A stretch of 64,000 nt of DNA, taken from the human T2T-CHM13v2.0 reference genome, Homo sapiens. Shown here piece after piece: positions 55,201 to 64,000 of this stretch. Made by a program: the position numbers and the translations under genes. How positions within the stretch are numbered: position 1 is the first letter of the stretch; every line of letters begins with the position of its first letter. Where the stretch lies: the NCBI RefSeq assembly GCF_009914755.1, contig NC_060933.1; one strand, 5' to 3'. Under the pieces are notes generated by a model, which saw only the letters and a program-made list of their open reading frames with translations, was not told the origin of the DNA and did no database searches.

Positions 55201-58200
55201 GAATGTAATGGAATGGAATAAACCCGAGCGCAATGGAATGGAGTGGAATGGAATGGAATGGAATGGAATGGAACAACCCGAATGGAATGGAATGTAATGG
55301 AGAGTAAGGGAGTTGAATAGAATCAATCCGAATGTAATGGAATGGAACGGAACGGAACGGAATGGAATGGAATGGAATGGAATGGAATGTAATGGAATGG
55401 AATGCAATGGAATGGAATCAACCCGAGTAAAATGGAATGGAATGGAATGGAATGGAATGGAATGGAATGGAATGGAATGGAATGGAATGGAATGGAATCA
55501 ACCCGAGTGCAATGGAATGGAGAGGAATGGAATGGAATGGAATGGAAACTACCCGAATGGAATGGAATGTAATGGAGTGTAAGGGAATTGAATAGAATCA
55601 ATCCGAATGGAATGGAATGGAATGGAACGGAATGTAATGGAATGGAATGGAATGGAATCAACCCGAGTGCAGGGGAATGGAATGGAATGGAATGCAATGG
55701 AATGGAATCATCCGGAATGGAATGGAATGGAATGCAATGGAATGGAATGGAATGGAATCAACCCGAGTGCAATGGAATGGAGTGAAATGGAATGGAATGG
55801 AATGGAGACAACCAGAATGGATTGGAATATAATGGAGTGTAAGGGAATTGAATAGAATAATTCTGAATGTAATGAAATGGAATGGAATGGAATGGAATGG
55901 AATGGAATGCAATGGAATGGAATCAAACCGATTGCAATCGAATGTAATCGAATGGAATGGAATGCAATGGAAAGGATTCAACTTGAATGGAATGGAAAGA
56001 ATGGAATCAACACGAGTGGAATGGCATGGATTGGAATAAAATGGAATGTAATCAACCCGAGTATAGGGGAATGGAATGGAATGGAATGCAATGGAATGGA
56101 ATCATCCGTAATGGAATGGAAAGGAATGGAATGGAATGGAATGGAATGGAATGGAATGGAATCAACTCGATTGCAATCGAATGGAATGGAATGGAATTAA
56201 CCCGAATAGAATGGAATGGAATGGAATGGAACGGAACGGAATGGAATGGAATGGAATGGAATGGAATGGAACGGAAAGGAAGGGAATGGAATGGAATAGA
56301 GTGGAATGGAATGGAATCAACGCGAGTGCAGGGGAATGGAATGGAATGGAATGCAATGGAATGGAATCTTCCGGAATGGAATGGAATGGAATGGAATGGA
56401 ATAGAATGGAATCAACCCGAGTGCAATGGAATGGAGTGGAATGGAATGGAATGGAATGGAACAACCCGAATGGAATGGAATGTAATGGAGAGTAAGGGGG
56501 TTGAATAGAATCAATCCGAATGTAATGGAATGGAATGGAAAGGAATGGAATTGAATGGAATGGAATGGAATGCAATGGAATGGAATCAACCCGAGTGCAA
56601 TGGAATGGAGAGGAATGGAATGGAATGGAATGGAAACTACCCGAATGGAATGGAATGTAATGGAGTGTAAGGGAATTGAATAGAATCAATCCGAATGTAA
56701 TGGAATGGAATGGAACGTAATGGAATGGAATGGAATGGAATGGAATGGAATGGAATGCAATGGAATGGATTCAACCCAAGTGCAATCGAATGGAATCGAA
56801 TGGAATGGAATGCAATGGAATGGATTCAACTTGAATGGAATGGAAAGAATGGAATCAACACGAGTGGAATGGCATGGATTGGAATGGAATGGAATGGAAT
56901 CAACCCGAGTACAGGGGAATGGAATGGAATGGAATGCAATGGAATGGAAACATCCGTAAAGGAATGGAAAGGAATGGAATGGAATGGAATGGAATGGAAT
57001 GGAATGGAATGGAATCAACTCGATTGCAATCGAATGGAATGGAATGGAATTAACCCTAATAGAATGGAATGGAATGGAATGGAACGGAAGGAATGGAATG
57101 GAATGGAATGGAATGGAATGGAACGGAGCGGAATGGAATGGAAAGGAATGGAATGGAATGGAATGGAATGGAATCAACGCGAGTGCAGGGGAATGGAATG
57201 GAATGGAATGCAATGGAATGGAATCTTCCGGAATGGAATGGAATGGAATGGAATGGAATGAAATGCAATGGATTCAACTCGATTGCAATGGAATGGAATA
57301 GAATGGAATGGAATGGAATGGAATGGAATTAATCCGAATAGAATGGAATGGAATGGAATGGAACGGAATGGAACGGAATGGAATGGAATTGAATGGAATG
57401 GAATGGTATGGAATGGAATGGAATGGTACGGAATAGAATGGAATGGAACGAATTGTAATGGAATGGAATTGAATGGAATGGAAAGGACTGGAATGGAATG
57501 GAATGGAATGGAATCAACTCGATTGTAATGGAATGGAATGGAATGGAATGGAATGGAATGGAATGGAATTAACCCGAATACAATGCAATGGAACGGAATG
57601 GAACGGAATGGAGTGGAATGGAATGGAATCAACCCAAGTGCAGCGGAATGGAATGGAATGGAATGCAATGGAATGGAATCATCCGGAATGGAATGGAATG
57701 GAATGGAATGCAAAGCAATGGAATCAACTCGATTGCAATGGAATGGAATGGAATGGAAAGGAATACATTGGAATCAACCCGAGTGGAATGGAATGGAAAG
57801 GACTGGAATGGAGTGGAATGGAATGGAATGGAATGCAATGCAATCAACTCGATTGGAATGGAATGGAATGGAATGGAATGGAATTAACCCGAATAGAATG
57901 GAATGGAATGGAATGGAACGGAACGGAATGGAATGGAATGGAATAGAATAGAATGGAATGGAATGGAAACAACCCGACTGCAGGGGAATGGAATGGAATG
58001 GAATGCAATGGAATGGATTCAACTTGAATGGAATGGAAAGAATGGAATCAACACGAGTGGAATGGCATGGATTGGAATGGAATGGAATGGAATCAACCCG
58101 AGTACAGGGGAATGGAATGGAATGGAATGCAATGGAATGGAATCATCCGTAATGGAATGGAAAGGAATGGAATGGAATGGAATGGAATGGAATGGAATGG

Positions 58201-59344
58201 AATGGAACGGAAAGGAATGGAATGGAATGGAATGGAATGGAATGGAATGGAATCAACGCGAGTGCAGGGGAATGGATTGGAATGGAATGCAATGGAATGG
58301 AATCTTCCGGAATGGAATGGAATGGAATGGAATCAACCCGAGTGCAATGGAATGGAGTGGAATGCAATGGAATGGAATGGAACAACCCGAATGGAATGGA
58401 ATGGAATGGAGAGTAAGGGAGTTGAATAGAATCAATCCGAATGTAATGGAATGGAATGGAACGGAATGGAATTGAATGGAATGGAATGGAATGGAATGGA
58501 ATGGAATCGAATCAACCCGAGTGCAATGGAATGGAGAGCAATGGAATGGAATGGAATGGAAACTACTCGAATGGAATGGAATGTAATGGAGTGTAAGGCA
58601 ATTGAATAGAATCAATCCGAATGTAATGGAATGGAATGGAACGGAATGGAATGGAATGGAATGGAATGGAATGGAATGGAATGGAATGCAATGGAATGGA
58701 ATCAACCCGAGTGCAATCGAATGGAATCGAATGGAATGGAATGCAATGGAATGGATTCAACTTGAATGGAATGGAAAAAATGGAATCAACACGAGTGGAA
58801 TGGCATGGATTGGAATGGAATGGAATGGAATCAACCCGAGTAAAGGGGAATGGAATGGAATGGAATGCAATGGAATGGAATCATCCGTAATGGAATGGAA
58901 AGGAATGGAATGGAATGGAATGGAATGGAATGGAATGGAATGGAATGCAATCAACTCGATTGCAATCGAATGGAATGGAATGGAATTAACCCGAATAGAA
59001 TGGAATGGAATGGAATGGAACGGAACGGAATGGAATGCAATGGAATGGAATGGAACGGAAAGGAAGGGAATGGAATGGAATAGAATGGAATGGAATGGAA
59101 TCAACGCGAGTGCAGGGGAATGGAATGGAATGGAATGCAATGGAATGGAATCTTCCGGAATGGAATGGAATGGAATGGAATAGAATGGAATGGAATTAAC
59201 GCGAGTGCAGGGGAATGGAATGGAATGGAATGCAATGGAATGGAATCTTCTGGAATGGAATGCAATGGAATGGAGTGGAATGAAATGCAATGGATTCAAC
59301 TCGATTGCAATGGAATGGAATAGAATGGAATGGAATGGAATGGA

Positions 59345-62300
59345 ATGGAATGGAATTAATCCGAATAGAATGGAATGGAATGGAATGGAACGGAATGGAA
59401 CGGAATGGAATGGAATGGAATGGAATGGTATGGAATGGAATGGAATGGTACGGAATAGAATGGAATGGAACGAATTCTAATGGAATGGAATTGAATGGAA
59501 TGGAATGGAATGGAATGGAATCAACGCGAGTGCAGGGGAATGTAATGGAACGGAATGCAATGGAATGGAATCATCCGGAATGGAATGGAAGGGAATGGAA
59601 TGGAATGGAATGGAATGGAATGGAATCAACCCGAGTGCAATGGAATGGAGTGGAATGGAATGGAATGCAATGGAATGGAATGGAACAACCCGAATGGAAT
59701 GGAATGTAATGGAGAGTAAGGGAGTTGAATAGAATCAATCCGAATGTAACGGAATGGAATGCAACGGAATGGAATGGAATGGAATGGAATGGAATGCAAT
59801 GGAATTGAATCAACCCGAGTACAATGGAATGGAATGGAATGGAATGGAATGGAATGGAATGGAATGGAATGATACGGAATAGAATGGAATGGAACGAAAT
59901 GGAATGGAATGGAATGGAATGGAATGGAATGGAATCGTTCCGAGAGGAATAGGAGGGAATGTATTCGAGTGGAATGGAAAGGAATGGTATCATCCAGAGT
60001 GGAATGGAAGGGAATGGAATGGAATGGAAACGAATAGAATGGAATCAACCCGAGTGGAATGGAATGGAAAGGACTGGAATGGAATGGAATGGAATGGAAT
60101 CAACTCGATTGTAATGGAATGGAATGGAAAGGAATGGATTGGAATGGAATGGAATCAACCCGAGTGCAGGGGAATGGAATGGAATGGAATGCAATGGAAT
60201 GGAATCATCCGGAATGGAATGGAATGGAATGGAATGCAAAGCAATGGAATCAACTTGATTGCAATGGAATGGAATGGAATGGAAAGGAATACATTGGAAT
60301 CAACCCGAGTGGAATGGAATGGAAAGCACTGGAATGGAGTGGAATGGAATGGAATGGAATGGAATGGAATGGAATGGAATGGAATCAACTTGATTGGAAT
60401 GGCATGGAATGGAATGCAATGGAATGGAATTAACCCGAATAGAAAGGAATGCAATGGAATGGAACGGAAAGGAATGCAATGGAATGGAATGGAATGGAAT
60501 GGAATGGAATGGAATCAACCCGACTGCAGGGGAATGGAATGGAATGGAATGCAATGGAATGGATTCAACTTGAATGGAATGGAAAGAATGGAATCAACAC
60601 GAGTGGAATGGCATGGATTGGAATGGAATGGAATGGAATCAACCCGAGTACAGGGGAATGGAATGGAATGGAATGGAATGCAATGGAATGGAATCATCCG
60701 GAATGGAATGGAATGGAATGGAATGGAATGGAATGGAATGGAATGGAATCAACCTGAGTGCAATGGAATGGAGTGGAATGGAATGGAATGGAATGGAACA
60801 ACCCGAATGGAATGGAATGTTATGGAGAGTAAGGGAGTTGAATAAAATCAATCCGAATGTAATGGAATGGAACGGAATGGAATGGAACGGAATGGAATGG
60901 AATGGAATGCAATGGAATGGAATCAACCCGAGTGCAGGGGAATGGAATGGAATGGAATGCAATGGAATGGAATCATCCGGAATGGAATGGAATGGAAGGC
61001 AATGGAATGGAATGGAATGGAATCAACCCGAGTGCAATGGAATGGAGTGAAATGGAATGGAATGGAATGGAAACAACCAGAATGGATTGGAATATAATGG
61101 AGTGTAAGGGAATTGAATAGAATAAATCTGAATGTAATGAAATGGAATGGAACGGAATGGAATGGAATGGAATGGAATGGAATGGAATGCAATGGAATGG
61201 AATCAACCCGAGTGCAATCGAATGGAATGGAATGCAATGGAATGGATTCAACTTGAATGGAATGGAAAGAATGGAATCAACACGAGTGGAATGGCATGGA
61301 TTGGAATGGAATGGAATGGAATCAACCCGAGTACAGGGGAATGGAATGGAATGGAATGCAATGGAATGGAATCCGTAATGGAATGGAAAGGAATGGAATG
61401 GAATGGAATGGAATGGAATGGAATGGAATGGAATCAACTCGATTGCAATCGAATGGAATGCAATGTAATTAACCGAATAGAATGGAATGGAATGGAATGC
61501 AACGGAACGGAATGGAATGGAATGGAATGGAATGGAATGGAACGGAAAGGAAGGGAATGGAATGGAATAGAATGGAATGGAATGGAATCAACGCGAGTGC
61601 AGGGGAATGGAATGGAATGGAATACAATGGAATGGAATCTTCCGGAATGGAATGGAATGGAATGGAATGGAATGGAATGGAATCAACCCGAGTGCAATGG
61701 AATGGAGTGGAATGGAATGGAATGGAATGGAATTAACCCGTATAGAATCGAATGGAATGGAATGGAATGGAATGGAATGGAATGGAATGGAATGGAATTA
61801 ATCCGAATAGAATGGCATGGAATGGAATGGAACGGAATGGAACGGAATGGAATGGAATGGAATGGAATGGTATGGAATGGAATGGAATGGTACGGAATAG
61901 AATGGAATGGAACGAATTCTAATGGAATGGAATTGAATGGAATGGAATGGAATGGAATGGAATCAACGCGAGTGCAGGGGAATGTAATGGAACGGAATGC
62001 AATGGAATGCAATCATCCGGAATGGAATGGAAGGGAATGGAATGGAATGGAATGGAATGGAATGGAATCAACCCGAGTGCAATGGAATGGAGTGGAATGG
62101 AATGGAATGCAATGGAATGGAATGGAACAACCCGAATGGAATGGAATGTAATGGAGAGTAAGGGAGTTGAATAGAATCAATCCGAATGTAACGGAATGGA
62201 ATGCAACGGAATGGAATGGAATGGAATGGAATGGAATGCAATGGAATTGAATCAACCCGAGTACAATGGAATGGAATGGAATGGAATGGAATGGAATGGA

Positions 62301-64000
62301 ATGGAATGGAATGGAATGATACGGAATAGAATGGAATGGAACGAAATGGAATGGAATGGAATGGAATGGAATGGAATGGAATGGAATGGAATGGAATGGA
62401 ATCGTTCCGAGTGGAATAGAAGGGAATGTATTCGAGTGGAATGGAAAGGAATGGTATCAACCAGAGTGGAATGTAAGGGAATGGAATGGAACGGAAACTA
62501 ATAGAATGGAATGTATTCGAGTGGAATGGAAAGGAATGGTATCAACCAGAGTGGAATGTAAGGGAATGGAATGGAATGGAAACTAATAGAATGGAATCAA
62601 CCCGAGTGGAATTGAATGGAAAGGACTGGAATGGAATGGAATGGAATGGAATCAACTCGATTGTAATGGAATGGAATGGAAAGGAATGGATTGGAATGGA
62701 ATGGAATTAACCCGAATACAATGGAATGGAATGGAATGGAACGGAATGGATTGGAATGGAATGGAATCAACCCGAGTGCAGGGGAATGGAATGGAATGGA
62801 ATGCAATGGAATGGAATCATCCGGAATGGAATGGAATGGAATGGAATGCAAAGCAATGGAATCAACTTGATTGCAATGGAATGGAATGGAATGGAAAGGA
62901 ATACATTGGAATCAACCCGAGTGGAATGGAATGGAAAGCACTGGAATGGAGTGGAATGGAATGGAATGGAATGGAATGGAATGGAATGGAATGGAATCAA
63001 CTTGATTGGAATGGCATGGAATGGAATGGAATGGAATGGAATTAACCCGAATAGAAAGGAATGCAATGGAATGGAACGGAAAGGAATGCAATGGAATGGA
63101 ATGGAATGGAATGGAATGGAATGGAATGGAATCAACCCGACTGCAGGGGAATGGAATGGAATGGAATGCAATGGAATGGATTCAACTTGAATGGAATGGA
63201 AAGAATGGAATCAACACGAGTGGAATGGCATGGATTGGAATGGAATGGAATGGAATCAACCCGAGTACAGGGGAATGGAATGGAATGGAATGCAATGGAA
63301 TGGAATCATCCGGAATGGAATGGAATGGAATGGAATGGAATGGAATGGAATGGAATCAACCTGAGTGCAATGGAATGGAGTGGAATGGAATGGAATGGAA
63401 TGGAACAACCCGAATGGAATGGAATGTTATGGAGAGTAAGGGAGTTGAATAAAATCAATCCGAATGTAATGGAATGGAACGGAATGGAATGGAACGGAAT
63501 GGAATGGAATGGAATGCAATGGAATGGAATCAACCCGAGTGCAGGGGAATGGAATGGAATGGAATGCAATGGAATGGAATCATCCGGAATGGAATGGAAT
63601 GGAATGCAATGGAATGGAATGGAATGGAATCAACCCGAGTGCAATGGAATGGAGTGAAATGGAATGGAATGGAATGGAAACAACCAGAATGGATTGGAAT
63701 ATAATGGAGTGTAAGGGAATTGAATAGAATAAATCTGAATGTAATGAAATGGAATGGAACGGAATGGAATGGAATGGAATGGAATGGAATGGAATGGAAT
63801 GCAATGGAATGGAATCAACCCGAGTGCAATCGAATGGAATGGAATGCAATGGAATGGATTCAACTTGAATGGAATGGAAAGAATGGAATCAACACGAGTG
63901 GAATGGCATGGATTGGAATGGAATGGAATGGAATCAACCCGAGTACAGGGGAATGGAATGGAATGGAATGCAATGGAATGGAATCATCCGTAATGGAATG
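59345..64000 (+). repeat. ~2.44-2.6 kb tandem duplication (second copy starts ~61795 and runs off the window)
   Basis: Shared rare variants are CGAATTCTAAT (59471/61913), TGTAACGGAAT, AAAGCACTGG, TGTTATGGAGAG and AATAAATCTG. ORF pairs are 59505/61947 (2442) and 60902/63509 (2607). Confidence 0.88.

Larger units (their letters stand above)
1..64000 (+). repeat. Human Satellite III (HSat3) array, (GGAAT)n on + strand with CAACCCGAGT-type interruptions
   Basis: Continuous GGAAT pentamers from the first to the last base. Variants include GGAAC, GCAAT, GTAAT and AGAAT, with recurrent CAACCCGAGT/CAACTCGATT/CAACGCGAGT decamers, the established signature of classical satellite III. No unique sequence and no switch to CATTC orientation was seen. 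Confidence 0.98.

Noticed and set aside
1-64000. CRISPR-like alternation of conserved motifs and spacers
   Set aside because: The intervening sequences are GGAAT runs rather than unique spacers, there are no cas genes, and the context is eukaryotic satellite.
1-64000. Telomeric repeat, HSat2, alpha satellite or DYZ1
   Set aside because: There are no TTAGGG tracts, no dominant CATTCGATTC-type HSat2 unit, no 171-bp monomer and no regular 3.56 kb period.
1-64000. EWS-FLI1-type GGAA microsatellite
   Set aside because: The unit is the pentamer GGAAT. Only isolated GGAAGGAA dimers occur.

Overview
The whole 64-kb window is one uninterrupted array of human/great-ape type Satellite III (HSat3). It consists of diverged (GGAAT)n pentamers on the + strand, punctuated by CAACCCGAGT-type decamers and other short conserved modules. 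I see no genes, RNA genes, transposon insertions, CRISPR arrays or strand inversions. Every ORF in the track (MEWNG.. / IPFHS..) is an artefact of a pentamer with no stop codon in any frame. The module vocabulary (e.g. AATCAACCCGAGTGCAATCGAATGGAATCG...CCGAGTACAGGGG) resembles the chr9q12 heat-shock SatIII family as I recall it, which is unverified. The real information lies in the internal structure. An ordered ~0.8-0.9 kb module cycle has been reshaped by nested tandem duplications (~10.9 kb containing an older ~2.3 kb, plus ~3.97 kb, ~2.09 kb and ~2.4-2.6 kb) and by small phase-keeping duplications and deletions. The array also contains about 35 perfect heat-shock elements (nGAAnnTTCnnGAAn, hand count) concentrated right of ~24 kb, a recurrent 14-bp palindrome and one unique diverged island near 53.7-54.0 kb. 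I found no evidence of a new gene system. Duplication boundaries are approximate (tens of bp) because they fall inside pure GGAAT runs.
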